From Candidatus Latescibacterota bacterium (GTDB lineage: Bacteria > Latescibacterota > UBA2968 > UBA8231): 64,000 bases of DNA. The position numbers were made by a program, and so were the translations under genes. A model generated the notes under the pieces. The model was not told the origin of the DNA and ran no database searches. It was given only the letters and a program-made list of their open reading frames with translations. The DNA lies in the NCBI GenBank assembly GCA_965261395.1, contig OZ253462.1:1088001-1152000 (forward strand), given 5' to 3'. This document shows positions 52,382 to 61,459 of the stretch, piece after piece. Every line of letters begins with the position of its first letter. Positions within the stretch are counted from its first letter, which is position 1.

Positions 52382-53212
52382 ATGTCCCATCCGCTCTTCG
52401 ATCTATCCAACCGCGTCGCCTTGGTCTCTGGTGCGGCCAGCGGCCTCGGCAAAGCCATGGCCACCGGCTTTGCCGAAGCAGGGGCCGACCTCGTCTTAGC
52501 CGACATCAATGCCGACGGTTTGGCCACGACGGCCCGAGAACTGGATGCCTTGGGCAGCCGCGTCCTTCCGGCGACGTGCGATATGTCGCAACCCGATCAG
52601 ATTCGCACCATGTTCAAATTAATAGACGCAGAATACGGCCGCATCGACATCGTCGGCAATGTGGCCGGCAATGCGCGGCGCAATACTCCGCTCGACCTGA
52701 CGCCCGAGGAGGTCGAGTTTACCCTGCAAAACCTCGTGGTCGGTCGCCTAGTCTGTTGCCAAGAGGCCGGGCGGCGCATGATGGCCTCGGGCCACGGCGG
52801 CAGCATCATCAACCTCGTGTCGATCGCCGGCATCAATGCCATGGGACGCAGTCACCTCTCGTACAGCATGGGCATGGGTGCCGCCGCGCAGATGACCCGC
52901 GAGCTGAGCACGGAGTGGGCTGCCAAGGGCGTGCGCGTCAACGCCATTGTCTGCGCCCAGCTAATGAACGAGGACCTCAAGAAGCGCATCGCCGCGGATC
53001 CCGCGCTGGGCGAAACCTATTTGCGCGGCCTCCCCATGGGTCGCCTCGGCGACTCCAACGACATCAAGGGCGCGGCGATTTTCCTCGCCTCGGATGCCTC
53101 CTCTTGGATCACTGGCGCGATGCTGCCCCTAGACGGCGGCAACCTCTCCAAGAACGCCGGCGGCTCGCATCCGGGAATGCCCAACGCGCCCGCCGAGCAG
53201 ATCGGCCTCTAG
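52382..53212 (+). CDS. SDR oxidoreductase, atypical active site
   Basis: SGAASGLG, NVAG, SIINLVS, YSMGM in place of YxxxK, DGG. Confidence 0.88.
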   Translation: MSHPLFDLSNRVALVSGAASGLGKAMATGFAEAGADLVLADINADGLATTARELDALGSRVLPATCDMSQPDQIRTMFKLIDAEYGRIDIVGNVAGNARRNTPLDLTPEEVEFTLQNLVVGRLVCCQEAGRRMMASGHGGSIINLVSIAGINAMGRSHLSYSMGMGAAAQMTRELSTEWAAKGVRVNAIVCAQLMNEDLKKRIAADPALGETYLRGLPMGRLGDSNDIKGAAIFLASDASSWITGAMLPLDGGNLSKNAGGSHPGMPNAPAEQIGL

Positions 53213-53215
53213 GCG

Positions 53216-53947
53216 ATGAATGTTGGCATCTGGCAGACTATTCCCCAACCGGCGATTTCCCGCTACTTAGGGCTAATGGGCTGGGACTGGATCGTTCTCG
53301 ACCTCCAGCACGGCCCAATGACTTGGGAGACCGCCTATGAGTGCATCTACGCCGCCCGCCCGACCGGTGCTCGCCCCCTGATCCGCACCTCCGTTGGCAA
53401 CCCTGGCGAAGTGGAAAAGGCCCTTGATCTAGGAGCGGGCGGCGTCGTAGTGCCGATGGTCAACTCGCTCGCCGCGGCCCAGGCAGTCGCCCGCGCCGCC
53501 AAGTACCCGCCCACAGGGGCGCGCTCGCTGGGCGGCGACCACTATCTCCACTACGGCGACGACTATTTTGAAAAAGCCAACGACGAGACCTTGCTGCTGG
53601 TGCAAATGGAACACATTGACGCCGTTGAGCAAGCCGAAGAAATCATGGCTCTGCCCGGTGTCGATGGCTGCTTTGTCGGGCCGGTTGACTTGGCGCTGTC
53701 GATGGGTCTGTCGCGCCATCGTCCCGTCTATGAACAGGACCCCGCCTATCAGGCGGCGATGGAGCGGATTGTCGCCACAACCCTAGCAGCCGGCAAAAAC
53801 CCCTGCTGCAACACGTATTCTCCCGAAGACTTCGCAGCCAAAAAAGCCGCCGGCTTCGAGGCCCTCACCTTCAAGTCGGACCTCGACCTGCTAATGGACC
53901 GAGGCACTCAACTATTGGACTGTCTCAAGGGAAGCACCGGGGATTGA
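53216..53947 (+). CDS. HpcH/HpaI aldolase family
   Basis: DLQHG, LDLGAGGVVVPMV, KYPP.G.R, QME, VGPVDL. Confidence 0.9.
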   Translation: MNVGIWQTIPQPAISRYLGLMGWDWIVLDLQHGPMTWETAYECIYAARPTGARPLIRTSVGNPGEVEKALDLGAGGVVVPMVNSLAAAQAVARAAKYPPTGARSLGGDHYLHYGDDYFEKANDETLLLVQMEHIDAVEQAEEIMALPGVDGCFVGPVDLALSMGLSRHRPVYEQDPAYQAAMERIVATTLAAGKNPCCNTYSPEDFAAKKAAGFEALTFKSDLDLLMDRGTQLLDCLKGSTGD

Positions 53948-53981
53948 GTGTAGCACAAAGGCCAAACGGAAGGAGATTGCC

Positions 53982-54797
53982 ATGACTCTCACCTGCGCCG
54001 ATGTAGATTTTGACCTCAAGCTCGCCGAATTCAAAATCAACGGCTACGCCGTTTTTGAGGACATGATTCCCGAGGAAAAGATTGACCAGATCCGCGAAGC
54101 ATTCCTGCCGCTGCTGTCACATATCCAGGAACGCGAAACAGAAGTTTCCAACGTCGAGCTGGGCGACCCGCGCATCGGCCAGGGGCGTTTGCAGACGACC
54201 AACCGCTACACCCTGACCATCCCTTGGGTCGAACCCTTCGCCGACCCGGATATCTACGAGCACCCCGTCATCTTAGAATTCCTCGACCGCTGCTGGCGTC
54301 CCGACAGCTACGTCATCACCTGCTACCACTCCAATACCCCCTGCGAAGGGAGCGCCTTCCAACACTGGCACCGCGACACCGGTATCGCCCGCGAGATCCC
54401 TCACGTCGGCCTCGAAACCGTCCCCGTAGTAGGCGTCAAATTTCCCTTGGTCGAGACCTCGGAGGAAAACGGCAGCTTTGAAGTCCTCCCCTCGACCCAG
54501 TACCTAGCCGACCCGGAACTCGAAGGCCACTACGACGAAATCCTCCTCAAAGGCCACTTCCCCTCGGCTCACCGCCTCAACCTCAAAAAAGGCTCGATGT
54601 GGATCCAAGACGTGCGCACCCTTCACCGAGGCACTCCCAACAGCACCTCAGACCCGCGCCCCGAGTTCGTCGTCTGCTACTGCCGCGACTGGTATGCCAT
54701 CGCGCGAAACGTCGAGATGCCACAGGCTTCCTACGAGTCGCTCTCCGCCAAAGGCCAACAGCTACTAAGCCGTTACCGGAAGGTCGATTGGGACTGA
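53982..54797 (+). CDS. PhyH-family Fe(II)/2OG dioxygenase
   Basis: NGYAV, QHWHRD, ENGS, LHRGTPN...RP. Confidence 0.87.
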   Translation: MTLTCADVDFDLKLAEFKINGYAVFEDMIPEEKIDQIREAFLPLLSHIQERETEVSNVELGDPRIGQGRLQTTNRYTLTIPWVEPFADPDIYEHPVILEFLDRCWRPDSYVITCYHSNTPCEGSAFQHWHRDTGIAREIPHVGLETVPVVGVKFPLVETSEENGSFEVLPSTQYLADPELEGHYDEILLKGHFPSAHRLNLKKGSMWIQDVRTLHRGTPNSTSDPRPEFVVCYCRDWYAIARNVEMPQASYESLSAKGQQLLSRYRKVDWD

Positions 54798-54821
54798 CTC
54801 CCATCGCGCCAGCGCCGCCGC

Positions 54822-55739
54822 TCAGTCCGCGTTTTTAAGCTGCTCCAGAATATCCATCCCCACCCGCTGGCTCCACGCCTCCATCACCCGCCCGAATATG
54901 GGTCCGGGCTTCCCGTCGCCAATCGGCGTATTGTTGATGCGCGTACACGGCGCTAGACAATAGGGCGTGCTGGTCAACCAAGCCTCGTCGGCATTGACCG
55001 CGTCGTAGGGCTGTAAATTCTTCTCGACCCAGCCCAGCCCCAACTCAGGTGCCAATTCCCGCAGCGTCACCAAACTCACCCCTTCCAATATATTGCGGCT
55101 GGTGGGCGTAAAGATCGCATCGTTTTCTACCACGACGAAGTTGGCCCCCGAGCACTCGGTGAGGTTGCCGTCCAAATCGAGCAGCAGCGAGGTGGCGGCG
55201 GGATCGACCGCCTGCGATTGCTTATCGGCCAGCCAATAGTGCAAGCGCGAGCGGTTTTTGGTCTTGGGATCAACGCATTGGGGCGGCACGTGGCGGATGG
55301 AGGGCGTGACCGCGTGGACGCCCTGCTCAAAATAGGGCCGCCATACGGCAAAGGGCAGCGGGAAGGAGTGGATGCACAACGTGGGCGTCAGCCGCGCCGA
55401 TTTCCCAGCGCTGCCAACGTAGATCTGGTTTTCCCCAGGCGTTACAAAGTGCACGACGCCCAAATCCTGCTCGGGACCGATCAGCTTGCTATTGGTCTGG
55501 ATCAAGTCCCGCGTGCATTCGACCAGCCCCTCGTGATCCAGCGCTAGCTCAATGCCGGCGTACTTACACGACCGCAAAAGCCGCCGCACGTGCTCCTCCA
55601 GGCGGAACGGCTCGTGTCGGAACGTGCGGGTCATTTCGGTCAGGGTGGCACCCAGTACGATCCCCAAATCGTAGATATTGAGATGGGCTTGGGAAGCGGG
55701 TACAAAGCCATCGTTGAGATAGACGACCGGTTCATTCAT
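54822..55739 (-). CDS. PLP-dependent aminotransferase class IV
   Basis: FRLEEH..RL, PKTKNRSRLHY, ECSGANF, LEGVS, ADEA. Confidence 0.88.
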   Translation of the reverse strand: MNEPVVYLNDGFVPASQAHLNIYDLGIVLGATLTEMTRTFRHEPFRLEEHVRRLLRSCKYAGIELALDHEGLVECTRDLIQTNSKLIGPEQDLGVVHFVTPGENQIYVGSAGKSARLTPTLCIHSFPLPFAVWRPYFEQGVHAVTPSIRHVPPQCVDPKTKNRSRLHYWLADKQSQAVDPAATSLLLDLDGNLTECSGANFVVVENDAIFTPTSRNILEGVSLVTLRELAPELGLGWVEKNLQPYDAVNADEAWLTSTPYCLAPCTRINNTPIGDGKPGPIFGRVMEAWSQRVGMDILEQLKNAD

Positions 55740-56548
55740 AGTGCGTTACTCTCCTGTGAGTCCAAGGCGGTGCAGGCGGCGTAAAAATCGGCCATCGAGG
55801 TGGAAAAACCATGTACCTGCTCGACCTCACGCACGGCCAATTCCGTGGCCCACCGCGCCGTTAGCGTATCGGGGAATTCCACTCCTTCGGTGGCGTCCCG
55901 CACCAAAATGGTATTATAGCCCCGCCCGCGCATGGCGCGAATGCCGTAGTCGCGGCCCAATATACACCAGTTGGTCGCAAAGCCGGCGAAAAGCAAATGC
56001 AGAATGCCGCGCTCTTGGCACAAATCGTGCAGTTGCTGGCCCGTGCCCACGACAAAGTCCCCTGCCTCCACGGCGATATGGGGCGAAATGTCGAGTTGCC
56101 CGGTTAGGCTTTGCCAATAGGGACCAATGCCTGGCTCTTGGTCGCGCGGCCCCCGGAAACAGGCGTATTCCCCCTGCCGGCTGCGGAACTCAGCCAGCGG
56201 CCAAGCTGGCGGCGGCCCCGGTGCAGGCACGGGCGTGCAACCTTGGTACACTTCGTACTTATCCGGGAAATTGGCCAGTACTCCGGGACTGGGCGCCTGC
56301 ACGATGGTTAGGCCGCATTCCCGCGCCCGCCCGATGAGCGGCGCAATCACTTCCTTGGTCACGGCTTCAGCGCGCTCGATCCAGCTATCGATGTGATGCA
56401 CGTTCCACAGGTCGATCAACACCAGCGCCGTCTGCCCGACCGGCAGGGCGAAGTCCAACTCCCGCACGACGAAATTCTCTTCGCGGCACGGCACTTCTGC
56501 GGGTGTGCTGTCTTGGAAGTACTGCACGTTCAGTTGTAAAGTCGCCAT
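55736..56548 (-). CDS. Isochorismatase-like cysteine hydrolase
   Basis: TALVLIDLW, AGFATNWC, LVRDAT; start ATG 56548 with GAGGAG RBS. Confidence 0.78.
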   Translation of the reverse strand: MATLQLNVQYFQDSTPAEVPCREENFVVRELDFALPVGQTALVLIDLWNVHHIDSWIERAEAVTKEVIAPLIGRARECGLTIVQAPSPGVLANFPDKYEVYQGCTPVPAPGPPPAWPLAEFRSRQGEYACFRGPRDQEPGIGPYWQSLTGQLDISPHIAVEAGDFVVGTGQQLHDLCQERGILHLLFAGFATNWCILGRDYGIRAMRGRGYNTILVRDATEGVEFPDTLTARWATELAVREVEQVHGFSTSMADFYAACTALDSQESNAL

Positions 56549-56562
56549 GGTCTCTCCTCTCA

Positions 56563-57180
56563 TCACAAGTCTGCGATCATGTCGTAGTTGTTGGTGTCCC
56601 CGGCCTGGAACTCGCCCACGCGCCGAAAACCGAATTTAGTGTAAAAGTGGACGGCGCGAGGATTGTCCGCTCGCACTCCGCCCCACAACAGCAGGCGCTG
56701 CCGCCCCAGCCGTGGCAACAGCCTCAACAGATGCTGCATCATCAAACTGCCCAGCCCTTGGCTCTGGTACGCGTCGGCCACGGAGGGGGCTAGGGTGCAA
56801 TCGGTCTCGTCGTGCAGGGCCAAGCCCAATGCTTCGTAGCGCCGGCGATCCCCGGCCCGCACGCCTAGTTCGACGACGAAATACGCGACGATGCGCTCGA
56901 CTCCCTCTTCCTCGACCCAGGCCAGCATACGCAAAGTCCGGGCGCTATCCAACGCGGCGCAAAAGCCATCGGCCGTCTCTTGGTCAAAAGGATGCGGCCC
57001 GTACACCCGACGGGTGGCTTGCGACAAGCCGGTGAAGTACGCGCCTAACTCAGCGGCCTGATCGCCGCGCAAAGGACGAAAGCAAACCCGTTGGCCCGAA
57101 GTTAGCACCTCGCTAGACGAGACCAGATCGGGTTGTGCGTCTATGGCATTGGGGTCGATCTGCATGGGGACATCGTTCAT
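56563..57180 (-). CDS. GNAT N-acetyltransferase
   Basis: VADAYQSQGLGS, NPRAVHFYTKFGF. Confidence 0.88.
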   Translation of the reverse strand: MNDVPMQIDPNAIDAQPDLVSSSEVLTSGQRVCFRPLRGDQAAELGAYFTGLSQATRRVYGPHPFDQETADGFCAALDSARTLRMLAWVEEEGVERIVAYFVVELGVRAGDRRRYEALGLALHDETDCTLAPSVADAYQSQGLGSLMMQHLLRLLPRLGRQRLLLWGGVRADNPRAVHFYTKFGFRRVGEFQAGDTNNYDMIADL

Positions 57181-57217
57181 AAGAGTTCGCGCGCGTTTTG
57201 CCGGGAATTAGGCTTCC

Positions 57218-58447
57218 CTACTCTCCCAGCACCTCCCGGGCAACTCTGAGGATGTTGCCGCCGAGGATTTTGCGGATGTCGTCATCGGCATAACCGCGTT
57301 GCACCATGCCGACCGTAAACAGCGGGAAGTTCGTCCACGCCGTGCTCTGGAACATGCGCTCATGGCGCCACTCGGAGCGCTGCACGGGGTCGTTGACCTC
57401 CCACAGTGCTTCCCAGCGCGGTCGGCTGCCCGGTCGCGCTGAAACCTTGGCGCTTTCCTCCTTGGCGCGACAACTAATGTAAGGTCGATCCGTGCCAATC
57501 GTCACGTGATCGACGCCGACGACCTTTGCCGCGTGGTCGATGTGGTCGAGCATGGCGTCGATACAGCCGCTGCCGCCGACAAAGGCCGGCACGTTGGTAA
57601 TGCCCACGGTCCCGCCCTTGTCGGCGATCGCCCTCATCACGTCGTCTGGCTTGCAGCGATGGTGGTGGTTCAGGGCCGCGCAGGCCGAATGGCTGGCGAC
57701 GATCGGCTTTTGCGACACCTCGGCCGCGTCTAGGCAGGTCTGCCAGCCCGAGTGGGCCACGTCGGCAATCACGCCGACTTTGTTCATCTCGGCGATCACG
57801 GCGCGGCCAAAGTCGCTCAAACCGGCGTTGGCTGGCTCGGCACAGCCATCGCCAATGGGGTTGCGGCGGTTGTAGGTCAGGTGCATCATGCGGCAGCCAA
57901 GCTCGAAGAACTGGCTGATGAAACGAAGCTCTTGCTGGACTGTAGCTTGCTCTCCTGGGAGGGGCACGCCGTTGCACGTCTGATAGATGCAGCGCCGTCC
58001 AGCGGCTTTTGCGGCGACGATGTCGCTGGGGAAGGCGGCGCGCGCCACGTGGTCGCGCAGGCGATCCGTCAGATGCGTATAGTGCGCCAGTCGCCCCAAC
58101 ATGCGCATGGGGTTGTTGCCCTCCTCGCCGGCGTTTTGCAAGGCGCAAGTCACCCCGGACGCCTCCCAGGCCCCCAAGTACTCGGCCTTTAGCTCGTCGT
58201 CGTAGGCCCAGCGCGTCATTCGCATCTGCTCCGACAGGTACTGTAGCTCGACTTCTGAGGCCCGCGCCTCCACGGCCTGCGCCATGGCCTCGCCGTCGAT
58301 TGGTGCTAGCAGCCCGAGGCCGTACGACTCGCACACGATGGCGTCGCGGTGCAAGGCCAGCCCGTGCTCCAACTGCGATGCGGACGGTTGCAGGATTTCG
58401 AGCGCCACGGCCCTCGCTTGCTGGATGTTGTCTTCCCAAGTAGTCAC
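57218..58447 (-). CDS. M19 membrane-dipeptidase-fold amidohydrolase, atypical
   Basis: LTYN, GLSDFGR, DVAH, ASHS, HIDH, IGTD, KILGGN. Confidence 0.83.
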   Translation of the reverse strand: MTTWEDNIQQARAVALEILQPSASQLEHGLALHRDAIVCESYGLGLLAPIDGEAMAQAVEARASEVELQYLSEQMRMTRWAYDDELKAEYLGAWEASGVTCALQNAGEEGNNPMRMLGRLAHYTHLTDRLRDHVARAAFPSDIVAAKAAGRRCIYQTCNGVPLPGEQATVQQELRFISQFFELGCRMMHLTYNRRNPIGDGCAEPANAGLSDFGRAVIAEMNKVGVIADVAHSGWQTCLDAAEVSQKPIVASHSACAALNHHHRCKPDDVMRAIADKGGTVGITNVPAFVGGSGCIDAMLDHIDHAAKVVGVDHVTIGTDRPYISCRAKEESAKVSARPGSRPRWEALWEVNDPVQRSEWRHERMFQSTAWTNFPLFTVGMVQRGYADDDIRKILGGNILRVAREVLGE

Positions 58448-59193
58448 TGCTTCTTACCTTTCTCCGGATTGGGGAACGGATGGGGATGCCCGGTGTAGGC
58501 CCGCTCGCCGCGCACGAGGATCTTTTCTGGATCGTCCTTCAACACGTCGTGCGAGTCGTGGGCGCGGTACCCCAGGGTCATGCTGCGCCGCGAGCCATTG
58601 CTGCGATTGACATCGGAGCCGTGGAAGCAGCAGTCGTTGAACAGCAGCACGCCACCCGCTGGCATGGGCACGGGTAGCGAGCGCCGGTATAGCGAGTTGC
58701 GCCGGAAGTCGCCGCCGGGGCGACGCGGCTTTGCAAAGGGCCGCAAGTGACTGCCCGGGACCAGGTACACACAGCCGTTGTCGATGGTCGATTCCTCCAG
58801 ATAGATGAGCGCTGTGATTAAGATCGGCTCGTACAACTCCTCGCCGGAATGCCACGGCACCGGGGCCGAGCCGGGCGGCCGCACCATGATGTGGTTGTGC
58901 TTGTTGGTCAGCAATTCGATGTTGTTGCCGAGTACGCCCGCGAGGGCATCGAGCACGATCGGGTGGGTCGCCGCTTTGAGATACACTGGATCTCGCGATA
59001 GGATTTTCGACAGGCGACGCACGTCCTCGGGCGTGCGTGAATTGGTGCCGGTTTCCCACTCGACGGGCTCCGCTAGAGCCACGATCTGTTCGTCCGTGAC
59101 CGCGTTCAGGCGAGCCACCAACTTTCTCGGCAGGGTCCGTGCCACCCGGTGGAAGCCGTTGTGGCGGAAGTACCAGGCTTCTTCCTGCGTCAT
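58444..59193 (-). CDS. PhyH-family Fe(II)/2OG enzyme with HxG motif (candidate halogenase)
   Basis: NGF, PWHSG, NGC..LVPGSH, FHGS..N.S...R. Confidence 0.8.
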   Translation of the reverse strand: MTQEEAWYFRHNGFHRVARTLPRKLVARLNAVTDEQIVALAEPVEWETGTNSRTPEDVRRLSKILSRDPVYLKAATHPIVLDALAGVLGNNIELLTNKHNHIMVRPPGSAPVPWHSGEELYEPILITALIYLEESTIDNGCVYLVPGSHLRPFAKPRRPGGDFRRNSLYRRSLPVPMPAGGVLLFNDCCFHGSDVNRSNGSRRSMTLGYRAHDSHDVLKDDPEKILVRGERAYTGHPHPFPNPEKGKKQ

Positions 59194-59449
59194 CTTTTTT
59201 CCTTTTCACGGCCCGACGATGACTGTGCCATTAGGTAGTCAACAATCTCGACCTCCCACGCTTCTGTCAAGCGTCTTTCCGATAGTCAGCTAGCACTCGT
59301 CGAGTGCCAGTTGCATAGCCTGCGATTCGTTTTATCTATACCAACCGAATTGTACGATAGCCCACAGATCTGTCCGTAACTATTTTTCTTGACATAACCC
59401 ATGTTGTAACAATAATTCTCATTGAATAATCATTTTGGTGGAGAATTCC

Positions 59450-60985
59450 ATGGTTGAAACAGCCCAAGAGAGACCGACATCTAGGCCCGCCGGGTATGCC
59501 GCACTGATCGAGCGGTACAACCTCGATACCATCCCGAACTGGCACCAATCCAAGGTGACTACCAGCGGAATCCACCGGGTCAACGCCCGTGAAGATGTCA
59601 TCGAGGAAATCTACCCGCTCAAGTACTGGCCTGGGGAAACCTTGGGCAATCACCTTGAATTCGCGCTCAAGTACGACGGGACCAATCTCTCGATTCTCGC
59701 CAGCTTGTTCCAGAAGATAGAAGCGGATGAATTCCTCGAATACGTCCAGTCCAAACCGACTGGTAAGTATGCCCGGAGATTGTGGTTCCTCTACGAGTTC
59801 CTGACCGGCAAGACCCTGCCGCTGGACGACCTGACGCGAGGAAACTATGTCGATTTACTCGAACCGGACGCATACTACACAGTTGCGCCTGCGCGCCCAA
59901 TCCGTCGTCAACGGATCAACGACAACCTGCTCGGTGACCGCCGATTCTGCCCAACTATTCGCCGCACCGCGATTCTGCGAGACCTTGAAACAGCCGACTT
60001 GCCCGCGCGATGCCAGCGCATTGTATCTCGCTATGATCCGGCCTTGCTCAAGCGCGCTCTTGGCTACCTGTACACCAAGGAAACCAAATCGTCGTTTGCA
60101 ATCGAACAGATCAATCCCACCTCGACCCGAACTGAGCGCTTCGTGGCGCTGCTGCAACTGGCGGAGCAAGAGGACTTTTGTCGCAAAGCGCAGTTGGTCG
60201 AGGTGCAAAACCGCATTGTCGATGCACGGTTTCGCGAGGCCGACTACCGAGCGACCCAGAACTTCGTCGGGGAGACGGTCGCTTGGCAAAAAGAACACAT
60301 CTACTTTGTAAGCCCGGTACCTGCCGACTTACCCGACTTGATGGAGGGGCTGCTAGTTGCCCACGCACGCATGGAAGCAGGCCATGTGCCCGCGGTGATG
60401 CAGGCTGCGGCCATCGCCTATGGTTTCGTCTTTCTGCACCCCTTTGAGGACGGCAATGGTCGGATCCACCGCTTCCTGATCCACAACATTCTCGCTCGCC
60501 GTGGCTTTACACCCAAGGGCGTCATGTTTCCCATCTCGGCAACCATGTTGGGGAACTCTGCCGATTATGATGCTTCCTTGGAAGCATTTTCCCGCAAGCT
60601 GATGCCCCTGATAGAACACACGCTCGATGCCAATGGTCGCTTGATCGTGCACAACGATATCGCTGTATGGTACCGCTATATCGACATGACGCCGCAGGCG
60701 GAGGCGCTTTTTCGCTTCATCGAGCAGACCATCGATACGGAACTCGCCGCTGAATTGGCGTTCTTGGCCAACTACGACGAGACCAAGAAAGCGATCCAAG
60801 AAATCGTGGATATGCCCGACCGGCAGATCGATCTCTTCATTCGCTTCTGCCTGCAAAACAAGGGCCGCCTTTCCGCACGCAAACGCGCAACTCACTTCGA
60901 CTATCTATCGGCCGAAGAGATCGCTTCCATGGAACAAGCCCTGCAATCCGAGTTCGGCGGTGAGATGGTGCCGTCGGGCGATTAA
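59450..60985 (+). CDS. Fic-family protein with long N-terminal extension
   Basis: HPFEDGNGRIHR canonical Fic motif; ETKSSFAIE; ATG 59450 with GGAG RBS. Confidence 0.92.
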   Translation: MVETAQERPTSRPAGYAALIERYNLDTIPNWHQSKVTTSGIHRVNAREDVIEEIYPLKYWPGETLGNHLEFALKYDGTNLSILASLFQKIEADEFLEYVQSKPTGKYARRLWFLYEFLTGKTLPLDDLTRGNYVDLLEPDAYYTVAPARPIRRQRINDNLLGDRRFCPTIRRTAILRDLETADLPARCQRIVSRYDPALLKRALGYLYTKETKSSFAIEQINPTSTRTERFVALLQLAEQEDFCRKAQLVEVQNRIVDARFREADYRATQNFVGETVAWQKEHIYFVSPVPADLPDLMEGLLVAHARMEAGHVPAVMQAAAIAYGFVFLHPFEDGNGRIHRFLIHNILARRGFTPKGVMFPISATMLGNSADYDASLEAFSRKLMPLIEHTLDANGRLIVHNDIAVWYRYIDMTPQAEALFRFIEQTIDTELAAELAFLANYDETKKAIQEIVDMPDRQIDLFIRFCLQNKGRLSARKRATHFDYLSAEEIASMEQALQSEFGGEMVPSGD

Positions 60986-61054
60986 CCACGGCCAGCGCAT
61001 CCACGACGAGTAAGCGTGGTATCTTTACTTTTTCATTGATCGGAGGAACAAGAC

Positions 61055-61447
61055 GTGACAGAGAAACTATACGAGGCCGCTTTTCCTTATGCCGAGGACA
61101 TCCTCGCCTTGCCGGTGGAAGATCTCGACCAAACTGCGAAGTGGTACGGCGCAGCCTTTGGACTGGTGGAGGTCGAAAGGCGCGACGACCCCGTGCCGAC
61201 GGTCATTCTCGAGCGCGATGATGTGCAGATCGGGTTTGCGGTCAACGGCGGCGACGCCAGCCAAGAAGGCGCGGCTATTCTGGTGAGCGACATCTACAAG
61301 GCTCGCGACGAGCTGGAGGCGAATGGCGTCGAGACGGGCAATTGGCGCGTGGACGAGCGCGATGGGAAAAAGTACCAGGTTTTCTTCGTCGTCGCTCCCG
61401 ACGGGCTTTGCTACTACTTCTACCAGCCGATTGAAAACGCCGGATAG
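61055..61447 (+). CDS. VOC/glyoxalase family protein
   Basis: GGAGG RBS; LPVEDL...WY...FG; FFVVAPDG. Confidence 0.8.
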   Translation: MTEKLYEAAFPYAEDILALPVEDLDQTAKWYGAAFGLVEVERRDDPVPTVILERDDVQIGFAVNGGDASQEGAAILVSDIYKARDELEANGVETGNWRVDERDGKKYQVFFVVAPDGLCYYFYQPIENAG

Positions 61448-61459
61448 CGGTTGTTGCGA

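Noticed and set aside
59287-59313. CIRCE-like inverted repeat TAGCACTC-GTC-GAGTGCCA
   Set aside because: Spacer is 3 nt rather than 9 and no chaperone gene follows; treated as a simple hairpin
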